Shown piece by piece: positions 45,961-59,200 of a stretch of 64,000 nt of DNA. Position numbers and translations under genes: made by a program. Within the stretch, counting starts at the first letter, position 1. Each line of letters begins with the position of its first letter. The notes under the pieces were generated by a model. It had not been told where the DNA came from. It was given only the letters and a program-made list of their open reading frames with translations, and ran no database searches. The DNA comes from Chrysomallon squamiferum. Lineage: Eukaryota > Animalia > Mollusca. The stretch covers positions 38,626,001 through 38,690,000 of the forward strand of contig CM022665.1 in NCBI GenBank assembly GCA_012295275.1, in the 5' to 3' direction.

Positions 45961-46695
45961 AAGTTAAACAACAAAATAAAACCACTCAGTGACCAAGCAT
46001 CTCATGACCAAGCGTGTCATTTACTGTAGATTTTCATATTAAGAGGGAAACCTTATAAGCGACAAGTTCAAGATGATCAGAATAGACTTTTAGAAAATAC
46101 GATCAGCTCAAATCTCCGATTCATTTTAAAACAGATTATTGTAAATCTTTGTCCCACTTCGTTTAGTTTGCTGTTTATTCATACTGTCGTCATATTTCTA
46201 GACGATGAACGTTTATTAACATACTTACTTATTTATGTTCTGTGTTTAATGATGCTGGTGAATTATTAATTATTTTAACCCTTTTTATCGCAGTAGTGTT
46301 TATTTCATCGATGAAGTCATTGATGTGTGTATGTATGTATGTATGTATGTATGTATGTATGCATGTGCATATATGTGTATGTGTGTACATGTGCATTATA
46401 TGTGTATGTGCATGTGTGTGTGTGTAACTATAAATTTAATTTAAAAAAAAATTATAATAAATAGTTGAAAAGTTTTTTTTCTGCATTTGACTGTGTTTTT
46501 GTCAGGTATTTTCAACTCCCTCAAAATAAAAGGCGCGGTATGTATATTGTCCTCAAGTACAAAAAGTGGAAGAAACGTTATACCCCGTTCTGAATCAAAT
46601 ATGACTCGCGTGCACGTGACTCTAAACTAACTTGTCCTAATTTCCAGACAAAAGATCAAGAGAACTAAATACCACATTACAGAGAATTACAAAGC

Positions 46696-46778
<83 letters not shown>

Positions 46779-47503
46779 TAAACCCATATGCATATACATT
46801 CATACATATATACATACATACATATACAAATAGATACATCCATACAATACATACATGCATGCATGCAAACTTACACACAGAAACGTACATACATTTATAG
46901 GTTCCTCCTTACATATAGGCCTATACAGGAATATATCTATCTACAAACACGTACACACTATTACACATATATATATACATATACAGACAGAACTACGGTG
47001 ACCCTGTTTTTGCAGACGTTTGTCATTATATAAATAAACATATATACACCAAGTTCATATCTCGGATCTCGGGTCATCGACAGTCAATTGTAAGCCGAGT
47101 CGAAAATTGTGATTTGTCGACACGAAAATAGTTTCAAGTCGCCGGCACGTGACTTAATATAGACCATGTGACTGTTAGTTAGTATGACTCACGCTTATTT
47201 CAGTCGTATATCGATTTTTGACTTACATATGTTACTGACAGCTCTTTTGATGTCTGAAATAGATTTTGTATTTTAACGCTACTGACATTAATTATTTTTT
47301 AAATATAACATCTGGTACACATGTGTTGTAACGGCGAATGATGCAGTTTACAATATTATTTAATAATAAAAGACAACTTTTAAATTAACCATACATGTCA
47401 TTAGAGCAACCTTTTCAACCGGGCTTTGCTTTTGTTAATATTTATTTTTTTTGGTTTTGTTGTACGGATTGCTTTTTCGTTTCTTTTTCCCCTGCAGTTT
47501 CGT

Positions 47504-47556
<53 letters not shown>

Positions 47557-47589
47557 TTCTTTTATTAATACTAAAATAAATAAATAAAA

Positions 47590-47644
<55 letters not shown>

Positions 47645-49789
47645 AATAAAATGAAAAAATATGAAAAGTAATAGTAATATTGTATTATAAACCGACCAGT
47701 CATGCATAAAACCAATAAAACGACCAACTAGTATACATACTAATAGGCCCGTGCACCTGATCAATCAGCGAGGCGTGAAGCGTGACTGATCGTTAGATTA
47801 ATCATCCTCAGTCAGTCAGCTGCATCTGAAACCTACTCACACACGCAGAGACAGACCTTGCACGTCTGTAGTGGACGTGCAATTAGGAACATGCATTGTC
47901 TCCTCAAAATTTTTTTTTTTTTTTTTTTTTTATAGGACATTTGGGGATTTGTTTGTGAGACGAAATGATGTCTGCGTATGTATGTAAGTACATACGTACG
48001 TGTGTGTGTGTGTGTGTGCGTGTTAAAAGCTCCCATGTTGGTAAATACCACGTGAATTAGTGTAATACAGAATGTAGGCGTTCGGTTTCGTCTTTCTATT
48101 TATCTGTCGGAGGTATTTTGTATATAAAAAAAAAAAAAAATAAAAAATAAAGCAGTAGGACATTTCAAGGCAAATTGGCCTATTACGAAACATCATATGA
48201 CATAGCTATTCAAAGGGTTTTGTGTACCTAGCACAAAAGGAAAGAGTTCCCTTACAGCACGTGATCGCATACCACCCGCTTAAATGGCTCATCCAAGCGA
48301 TTGGATGAATTTACTGAGGCGGGATTTTACTTCCTAACATAATACAAAACAGGGGACTTCGATTCGTGGGGCAAAGTGTGACGTGTGAAGTACTCGGTAA
48401 ATAATGAAATAAGGTTAATATTTCGGGAAGTTCTAGAACCCTCCGGAATAGTTTTAATAAATATATTGTGCAATGTTATTTATTTATTAGATTATGACAG
48501 GAATACGTTCGTAAGATACTTGTAAATAATCTTTTTAAAATAACCGATATTTTAGTAATGTATCCACCATACTGTATTTCATTATTTTGTTATTTACATA
48601 TTTTATAACAAATACCTTTACGTCTTAAATGCAAACATCGTATCCTAATAGCAGTATCTACCCATTCCTCCCGTATCCGTACTAACATGGTGATTATCAT
48701 TTTCATCGACGTCATAATCAGTGACGTCATAATCATCGCGTTGTCGTCATTTTCGTTGTTGTTCATGTTTGTTTATAAAAGTCTGCCTCAAAATCACTGA
48801 AGTCATAAACAAACTGTTTACGAACACCTAAACAGACGTAAATATACACACGCACATGTACACACATATTGTGAAGTAATAACAGTATGTACTATATGTA
48901 ACACTTATTTACAAACAGCTAATGTCAATGTTTCTATGGACAGAAATAATTATAAAAAAGAAAAGAAGAAGAAAAAAAAAGACTGAATTTTACGAAATAA
49001 TAATAATAATAATAATAATAGTACTACTACTATTATAAAATAGAACTTAAAAAAAAAAAAAAATAAAAAATAAAAAACAGTAAAAAAAAAAAAAAAAAAA
49101 ATCAAATAATAAAAATAAAAATTTAGAAATCAATGCACTTATTACACAGATCATTTAATCCAAAGCAAACTGTAAATGAGAAATTTAGAACTCGTATTAT
49201 AAGTGGAAGGTTGCAGGAACAAAACCCTCCATGCGCTTATATAAAACTCTTTTCCCATTCAGTTACTACCATACATTTTACACATGAACATAATCAAGGG
49301 AGTTTTTAAATTTATTTTTATTTTTATTTTTATTTACTTATTTATATTGTTTTGCCTGTGTATTATAATAATTTGTTGCTGAAAAGCTACGGTTAACCAT
49401 CGTGCTATTTTTACCAGTTCACACCCAGTGATTGTTGATCTAAGAATGTTTTAAACGTGCTTAAAAATTCGTCTGGTTGGACTCGTTACAGACACAAATC
49501 AGCAAGGTGTCACACGGTGTGTATTTCACAACTGCTGTTTTTCGCTGTAGTACGTACCCGGAACAAAGGTGTATATAATGTGTGTCTTTCTTCCTCATTC
49601 TCAACATAGGTCTTGTTTAAGAGTCTTAAAATACATTAAGTTGTCGCTTCAAAACAGATTTTGTTCCTTTGTTGCATGTTTTAGTGTGTACCAGTTTATT
49701 GATTTGCGTTTCCTTCCTATCCCACTTCCTTAATCTTCTAACCTTCCTCAGTGCTCTATGTGTGACCGACAGTCCCCCTCTCTCTCTCT

Positions 49790-50201
<412 letters not shown>

Positions 50202-50865
50202 GTCTGAGTCTGCCCGTCCCCCCTCTGTCTCTCTTCCTCTTCTGCTTCTATCTCTGGCTCTCATTCGTTTTATTCTTCCATTCTATTTCTTTGTCATTGC
50301 CTTTCAATATAATGCATATACTACACTTTTATACTCATAGACATATGTGTGTGTGTGTGTGTGTGTGTGTATGTCTATATATATATATATGCATAACGTG
50401 TGTATGTCTGAATATGTGTAAAAAGCTAAATTAGACTAAACTAAAATAACGTAAACGAAACTGCCACGCGATCATGCAATACAAAACGTCAACAACTGAA
50501 ATACGCGATAATTTCTAATTCAAGACCTGTACATTTATCAATGGCTATCGCTCTACAGCTGACCTGTTGTTGTGTGGTTTTCATTAGTCAAATTCTTTGT
50601 TTTACTAGCACGTGTATGAGTCATATTAAAGTTAATATTGTTCTCGAAAATAAAGCTTTTCCTGGCAGGAAGTGACAAACGGTGCATGCACCGCGCCACG
50701 TGGTAACCAGTTTTAAACAGATTCACTTGTAAATAAAGAAATAGATATTTTAGAAACTCGGCGTGAAAGTTATAGATAAACAAACAAGTTGAAAAGGTCG
50801 TAGTGGGGAAAAAAAAAAAGAAAAGAAGAAAGAAACATATCTAAAATATATTTACATATATATAC

Positions 50866-51017
50866 GTACATACATACATACATACATACATACATGCATA
50901 CATACATACATACATACATACATACATACACATACACACACACACACACACATACATACATACATACATACATACATACGTACGTACATAAATACATACA
51001 TACATACATACATACAC
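50866..51017. repeat. (TACA)n microsatellite
   Basis: Direct reading. Confidence 0.95.
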
Positions 51018-51986
51018 CTTACTTTACTTTATTTTACTTCGCATTGTTTTGCTTTAATTTAGATTTAAAATGAATATCTTTCCGTTTCTCTTATTTCATG
51101 AAACATGCATATTAAACGTAAAAGTAAATGTTTAATTTTTAGCTAGGAAGATTAGGACAAAATTCGTTCTGATTTTTCTTCGTTGTACTGTTCTTTCTTC
51201 TTCTTCGTCTTTTTTTTTTTTTTTTTTTCTTCTGCATCATTATCATCTTCTTCTTCTTCTTCTTCATGTTCAGTCCCCAACCCCCGAAGTCCCTCTTTCA
51301 TTTAGGGCGGCAACAAAGATTCTCTTACTATCTCTTCCGTAACTTAATTTAGTTCGTATGTTATTATTTAATGTAAATGTGGTCTACGTCATTGGTTTAT
51401 TAAAGTGAAAACTTTAGATGTTCTGCAGCTCTTGACCTTTCGTAGTCACTCCAGTAGTAATTATTATTATAAGAAAACGTTTTGTTTAAAAAGTTACCTT
51501 CAGTGACCTCATGAACCTTAATCAGGCTCAGGAAATGTCTTGGAATAAGTAGTTTCATGTGACTGTTTCGTTTTAAATAATTCAGTCAGCTATTCGAAAA
51601 GTCGTTAAACGTAAACCGAAGGTTACCCCACCCCTCCCCCAAAAAATAAAAAATAAATATGGCTTGGATACATGATAAATAAAGTTGGATTTGTGTGTGT
51701 AAACCAGTGCTTTGTTTGATAACAGACTTAGTTGAAAATAGTCATATAACTCTTGTCGAAATCCTACCATGGTACTCTTTCAGTATCTAAAAATCTTACT
51801 GCAGATGGATAAACCTCTAAGTATAAGCTGGTATAATCAAGTATTAAGTTCACATGAAAAGACTGCAGTAATCTTAGAACAGAAGAGAAAAAGAAAAAAG
51901 GAAGGAAGAAAGAAATCAAAAGAAAAAAGGAAAGAAAGAAAAATAAGTAAATACGTAATGGTATAATAACAAAAGTATGATTTATA

Positions 51987-52057
51987 TTTATTATATTTAC
52001 ACAAAACTAAAATAAAAACAAGACAAAAAAACCGTAATGAAATTTAACCATTTTATT
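51987..52057 (-). terminator. Candidate tandem polyadenylation signals
   Basis: AATAAA at 52057-52052 is followed on the minus strand by CA (~52039-52038) and a U/GU-rich tract (ggtttttttgtcttgtttttattttagttttgt). A second AATAAA at 51992-51987 lies just downstream of TGTAAATA (52001-51994). Confidence 0.5.
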
Positions 52058-52118
52058 ACACATTTTTTCAAAAATGTAAACTCATTTGGCTTTTCTTTTC
52101 TGTCATAATTATTATTAT

Positions 52119-52157
<39 letters not shown>

Positions 52158-52528
52158 ATATATATATTCAGATATACACTCTTACAAACTTTGATTGCAC
52201 GGCGGAGACGCAGCAACACATGAAATGCATGGGTTACGTCCCGCCGTCCGACAAACGACAGTTACCGCGTAAAAACAAAACTTTCACTTAAAACACCGAC
52301 AGAAAATATTGCACGATAAGAATATTGTGTTAGGTACATCAAAGAATGTGCTACTACTCTTTTTACTTACATAAAATGATGGACACCCACACCTCTGGTA
52401 AACGTATTGAGATAACATATATACCACAGTGTTACTTACAGGATTTCTATACAAATATTACAAACACGATAGAAAAGAGAAGTGATCCTTGTCTAACTCC
52501 CACTTCTAATTAAATATTTAAAAATAAG

Positions 52529-52568
<40 letters not shown>

Positions 52569-53349
52569 CTATTACATTTTTAGATTGACCAGCAATACAG
52601 ATCTATGTTATGACTTAATAATGATGAACCTTTTCAGTTTTTAAAAGATAATTCAGATATCTGACAAAATTGTAATAAATCTAAGATACTTTTTATCTTT
52701 TTGCTTTCTTGAAGTGTATTATTAGTCCATTTAATAATATAAAGGTTTCTACCACGAGGATGGGATTATATCAACATTCATTCGTTTATTGCTTCCATTA
52801 CTAATTATGAGTAGGAATGGTACTTATAGTAATGTTCTGTAGTACAAAATAAATAATAAATAAATACTGAAATAATTTAGGTAACTATTTACAAGTAATC
52901 GTTCAACCATCTCGACTTTCATGAAGTAATAGTGGCACTGCATAGCTCTTTTTCAACTTTCCATATTTTGTGCAAATATTAATACCGTTGGTTATGAAAG
53001 ATAATTATAACAAAAAGCTTATGACAATAATATAATAATAATAATATCATTAATATACAAGGGCTTACTGTGTAACTTTAAAAAAATAATGGAAAAAAAA
53101 AAATATTAAAAAAAAAAGATTTGCGTCTTATAAAACGTTCATTTTGAAAAAATAGAAGACAAATGATTAAATGACAAAAACGTTAACTCTCATCTTTTAT
53201 GCATTTTCTAAAACAATGTCTCCTCAGTTATAAAAATGTCAAACAGGAAATTAATTAGTAATTAACTTATATATAAAAAAAAGACGGTACAAAATTTTTG
53301 ATTATTTCTTTAATTAGTTGCAGTAACAATGATTATCATGGTAAAAAAT

Positions 53350-53429
53350 CAGTGGCGGGTCCAATATAATGCTTTACTTAACGATGCAGGTTGTTCAAAA
53401 TATCTTTAGAAATGGAAAGATCTCAATAT

Positions 53430-53461
<32 letters not shown>

Positions 53462-53695
53462 GAAAAGAAAGAACAAGATGCAGTTCTTTTGCAAAAATCT
53501 TAAATGAGAATGTGTGTCCAGGACGGCCTACTTGAACTTTGTATGGACGCAAGCAATGGTCAAAAAAGTTTAATGCTGCCTCGTGAAATTTTTGAAATTT
53601 TTTGGACCGCTTAAGAGGAATATCATTCCATTCTTTTAAAAGTGTGGCCGTAGCTCCTGGCACTGTTGTTTTTTTCAATTTTGGACCCGCCACTG
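53350..53695. mobile_element. Non-autonomous DNA transposon (MITE), 346 bp
   Basis: Perfect 15-bp terminal inverted repeats: CAGTGGCGGGTCCAA (53350-53364) and TTGGACCCGCCACTG (53681-53695). The interior has no transposase. No clear target-site duplication. Confidence 0.75.
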
Positions 53696-53932
53696 ACTGT
53701 GACTAGACAAACTATTATTGCGATGTTTTCTTATTTGTGCAATACGCCGCCAAGTTCCAGTACACGAACAAAGATAGTTTTGTTGTAAGGCATTGTTGGT
53801 GATTTGAAATGAACAATGGATGCCGTTATCGTAGGCATAAGATACAACTGTTATCTATTATACAATATGCACAAATAAACAACAACAGAACATAAAGAGC
53901 ACCAATCAAACAAACAATGTTAGCAAAAAAAA

Positions 53933-53963
<31 letters not shown>

Positions 53964-54274
53964 TACAATAACTAAAAAAAAAAAAAAATAAAAATAAATA
54001 AATCTATAAATAAATAAATTAAAAAATAACAATAATAATAATTTAAAAAAAAAAAAAATAAAAAGAAATAAAAAAATAAAAACAACTTATCCATCAGTCA
54101 CTCTTACACAAATGGCGAGGTAGAAATGTTTTAAATTTTGCATTTGATATCATTATTATTATTATTATTATTAGTAGTAGTAGTAGTAGTAATATTATTA
54201 TTTATAACTGTCAAATTCTCGTTCTTGCTTTCTTTTCTTTCTTCTTAACGATGGAATGAAGAAGTCACTAGCGA

Positions 54275-54427
54275 TTTGGCGGCGGCGGTGGCCATATTTG
54301 GTGATGACGTCATGACGAATGTCGCTCAGATGAGTGTTTCTTTATGATGAGGTTGGCAAGCGTGAAAAAAAGTCCTCGCTGGCCCCTTCTGTTAGCAGCA
54401 TATGTGAGATTTCCGTAAAATGAGTCA
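54275..54427. promoter_or_regulatory. Immediate-early-type composite element: CArG box + CRE + AP-1
   Basis: CCATATTTGG (54292-54301, perfect CC(A/T)6GG), TGACGTCA (54305-54312) and TGAGTCA (54421-54427), with a GC-rich GGCGGCGGCGGTGG immediately upstream. Confidence 0.5.
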
Positions 54428-54538
54428 GTTAGATCTCCTTCTCTCTCACTCTCAATCGTTTTTGTTTGTTGTTTTTTTTAACATTTGCCGTAAGGCAAAT
54501 GACAACGAGAATGTTAAAGATAAAAACAAATACACCGA

Positions 54539-54575
<37 letters not shown>

Positions 54576-55850
54576 ACAAAATACATATAAATAAATAAAA
54601 AGGAATAATAATAGAAAAAATATATATGATAATAAATAATAAAAGAAAACAAAAAAAAGTTATTTTGCCCTTTGAAAAACAAGTTTGGTCAGCTTTTGCA
54701 CGTTCCCTGAAGTTCTTTTTACGTAGATATATCATGGAGAGATGAAAATGTATGTCAATATGTAAATAATGTTTCTTCTTTTATATATATATATATATGT
54801 GTGTGTGTTATATATATACATAAAACAATAAAAATGCATCTTTATAGTCCTTATTTCAGTGTATCATCATCATCATCATTTTAACTGATGAAGAAATTTC
54901 AAACTGTGATGATCGTAACTCGTTCGGGATCCACAACTGTATTGGACAAGCAGCTTATGTTCAGTCCTTCGGTCATCTGATGGACAAGACAACGTTTAAC
55001 GACGATCGGTCAGTCTGCCTGTCTGTCCTGTTGTTTGGTGTGAGATCTACGATGTAACAAAGGCACAAAATGTGATATTTAGTGAAGAAAAATATCGAAG
55101 TATTAATTTGCCCTGTAGGAATGTGTTTTAAAGTTTTGATCCTCAAAACCGTCTAGAAAAAAAAAAAAAAAGATTCAAAAAAAAAAAAAAAAAAAAAAAT
55201 GAAAAATGTCTTTTAATGTCTGATGATATTCTCACTGCTGATGTCAACTAAATGGAACAGACTTTCTTTATCAGTTTTAAATATGGAGAAATTCTCATTT
55301 GTTCTTTTGAATCGCATACCATTCAGAAACTGACTGTCGATGAACATGTTACTGCAGTCTTCGTTTAGAAATAATAATAATAATAAAAAAAAAGAGAAAT
55401 AAATTATTCATTATTGGCACATCCGTCTATGAAGTTCTCATAGATATAAAAACTGCATTCCACATAGTTCTTTATAAAAGATACAGTCTGTGAATATACA
55501 GTTTCTCATTTGAATTATCATTTTTCAACGTCGTGAAAAAACATATTTGATTCAAAACATGGAATCTTCAATTCAAATTGTGTAGATAAATCTGTCTATG
55601 ATTTCAAACTTAATCTACAGTTATTAATTTGAACGATTAAACTTTTTTCAACGTCTTGTCTTCAGTTTAAAATAAAACATGGATGATTTATAGGTATCTT
55701 TTCTTTCTTTCTTTCTTTTTTCTTTTTTTCTTACAAAATTCAAAAAGAATGTCTTGTTTATGTCTCAGTTTTCAACGCCTTATCCTTGTTTATCTCGTAT
55801 TAAAACTAATCTGGGTGTTCTTTACGACTCGTGTGCGATGTTTCTGCTTT

Positions 55851-56116
55851 TCATACTGTGCTCTCCACGCCTTGCAGTCGTGGGTTCAGAATTCTTGGGG
55901 TTTCTCCTTTGTTCAAGTCGCGCTCAAACTCCATCAGCTGTCCCATGAAGTTGAAGTTAGGTGATATGATGGCGCGCTTGCCTTTCACGTACTTGTAAGC
56001 GTCTGTCATTGTCATCTTCGTGTGTTTGAGGATGTATGCGATGGTGATGGTGGCAGAGCGCGAAACTCCCGCGTGACAGTGGATGAGGATTTTCCCGCCA
56101 TTTTGATGACAGTCGT
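55851..56116 (-). CDS. DUSP10: DUSP10-like terminal coding exon with catalytic HCHAGVSRS motif and stop codon
   Basis: Acceptor ttttcttttggcag|ACGACTGT. Encodes the P-loop and C-terminus; TGA stop at 55853-55851. Confidence 0.95.
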
Positions 56117-56234
56117 CTGCCAAAAGAAAACAGAAATTTTAATAAAATGAAGAATGGATATATATATATATATATATATATTTTATCTATATTTAAAAAA
56201 ACCACATATCATGTTTTAGACATATATAAATGAA

Positions 56235-56275
<41 letters not shown>

Positions 56276-59200
56276 GACAGAGAGAGAATAGTCTGAGTAC
56301 GATGTGACGTAACACTAACGAGTGATTTATTTAAAAAGATGCGTTTTGTACTGACGTTAGTGTTTCCTCTAATTAGATACATTAGTTTAAAATTATATTT
56401 GATACCGTGTTGCACCACCTTTTTCTGTTAACTATTTAATTCGGCTTACGTATAAATCATCGAAATCTATTAAACAGAACAATTCAAAATTTCCGATACG
56501 AGACAATGGAATGGGTGAGTAATTTATAACTGGGTTTGTTCAGCTTTTGTCCATGTGTTTGTTTTGCTGAAATTAACACCACGGGAAAAAAAAAAGCAGA
56601 TAAGCCATATTTTACGACTGTTTGTCATTTCCTGCTTTTCTGGATGATACGTGAAATAATGATCAAATCATGTTGCCCCGGGTCCAGTTTTTAAGCAATC
56701 GAGTGGTTTCGCGTGTGTTGTCACGCGCGCGCGCGCGCGCACGCACGGGTGCTGTTCTCCGTCAAAGCCAATTAACTGTGAGTTATGACTCACATCACTG
56801 GTGGAGAACAGCCATATGTTGGCGCGAGCTTCGAAAAGTGGAAATCGATCATTTGTGAAATAAGCACTTGCTGATAGTTCACAAGTGGCCAATCAGTGGA
56901 AAGAATACCACAGCAACAAGTTTTAGACATGCCTCGTTGAAACCACGAGCACTTGTTCTACGTAATGTGGGGCCACTTAAGCACGAACTCAAAAAAAAAT
57001 AATAATTTATCTGAAAGACTCCGAAAGACTCTGGCAGCCTCCCCCCCCCCATAAGAGCAAGACTTTAAATTGTTTGCGGTTAAATGCCTTTTTATAATTT
57101 CATTCCCTTTTGCGACAACACCGTCATTTTCAGCAGAGTCAGTGATTTTGTGTTTGTTTTTTCTAAATCTGTGGTAGGTGCTGATCTGGTTGAAGAAATG
57201 TTGGATATGCAAAATTTAAAGCTAATATTAAAATTAATGGAAAGATGAAATCTAATTCAATGTAAATTTTTAAGAGAATTACAAAATATTTTTCTTTTGT
57301 TTCTATTTTTCTTAAAAAAAAATTAAAAAAAATTTTAAATTAAAGAAATAAAGAAAAAAGAAAGAAAGAATAACATAATAATAAAATTAAAAAAAATAAT
57401 AAAAAAAATAAAAATTTATAAAATTTCAATATTTATTTTCAAACAAACATTAATTTTAAAAACCCCTAACTTATTTACAGTTTATGTTGGTGTGACTGTA
57501 ACAAACGCAGGTCTATCGTCAATCACAAACAAAGCTACTTTATTAAAAATATCACCCTTTCTGTTCAAACAAAGGTAAGCGACAGTTCTCTCTCACGTAT
57601 GACTCACCTAAAAATTACACCTGAACTGAAACATCTGCTGCGCTTCTCATTCAGATAGCCTGATTTCTTAATCCTTGTTAAACGCGGCGTTCAGAGATTG
57701 CACATAACATAATTAATTCAGGCTTATAAGCATCTCGCTTGCTCCTCTGAATCAAACATTATGTCCCCCTTTCTCTCGATCGTGTTTAAAATTTTTATTC
57801 GCAGTACGTCGTTTCTATAGAAACACCTACGCCTGCGTCCCCATGAGTCATGTGGGGTTTTTTTTGTGGTTTTTTTTTTACCTTAATGAAATCCATAACA
57901 GAATGACATCGCTTATTATTGGATTTGTGTTATAACAAAGCTGGTTTGTCAACGTAAATCGACGTAGTTCACCAAAACGAAAACAAAAAAAAAAAAAAAA
58001 AACAGATGGATAATTTATGCAAATGAGAAATCAATCAGCGAATAATTGACAAGAGCTGTTTCGTTATATGGGAGAAAGTCTTTTTTTTATTTTTTTTTTT
58101 TTTTGTTGTTGTTGATGTTGTTGTTGTTGTTGGTGTTGGTGTAGCGGTGAAGCAAGATTAGCGGTTTATTTACCTGCGCATGTCGATATGCCTCGCATAT
58201 TGATGTTCTTATTGTGCTGTGTTAATTCATAACGGCCACAAAACATGGATTATTTCCACAAAACAAATCTCAGAATGTTTCGTGTTCAGTCATACAGGTG
58301 AAATGACGACTTTCCATATTGACTTTTTCGAACAGGAAAAATAAAGTAAATTGTGTATTGAATCTCAGCTGTGGTAAAATTAATGTAATCTGAGTTCAAC
58401 AGAGCTACTGAAATTATATATAATTATATGTATATATATAACATACATTAATGTGAGAATTAATGTGAATATGTGTATGTATGTGTGTTTATATAACTAT
58501 CATAATCCTCACAATATGTTGTTGTGTATGTATGTGTTTTTTTGTGTGTTATTATTACAAACTAGAAAGCATTATCTTTTGTATCCATTTTTTTTTCTTC
58601 CTTACGTCATAATCGACTTCTGTTATCAAGTAATATTTGAATTATTGATTAGCATTGTTTATTTTTAATTCTTATGTAATAAGAATAAATCATTACAAAA
58701 AAAAAAAAAAAAAAAAAATTTTTTATAAAATATTAAAAATACAGATCGAAACCAGGCATGTTACAAATCATTTTATTTTTTATTTTATTTTTTTTTTCCT
58801 GCGAACGTTAAAATTATTTAACAGAAATTACGCAGTTTAAATTATGATTTAATCTTGCGGTATGAGATAAGTACTGATGCTCGTAAATTACGTAACATTA
58901 TGATAGATTAATTTGATAATCATTATAATGATGGATTGATATAATTTTTAAATTTTTTTAATTATTAAATTCGGCACATACCTCTTACACATAGATACAC
59001 CTAATCACTACAGTATTCGTATGACAGCTGAACTGAATAGAAGACAAGGTTATGATTATATATGGATTTTTAAAACAAGTAACTGGATACTGCTGTATAC
59101 AGTAACATTTTCGTTACAATTAAAATACTGCTAGTAGTAGTAGTATGAGTAGCAATTAGTGGGTTTTTCTTGTCATTATTCTTGATGTTATTATGACTAT

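Larger units (their letters stand above)
51970..55850 (-). other. Putative long 3' UTR of the DUSP10-like gene
   Basis: By eye there is no minus-strand AATAAA between the stop codon and 52790, despite high AT content. Candidate signals then occur at 52790-52785, 52057-52052 and 51992-51987. Confidence 0.55.

Noticed and set aside
55683-56205. Antisense and alternative-frame ORFs over the last DUSP10 exon
   Set aside because: These are shadow ORFs of the real coding exon.
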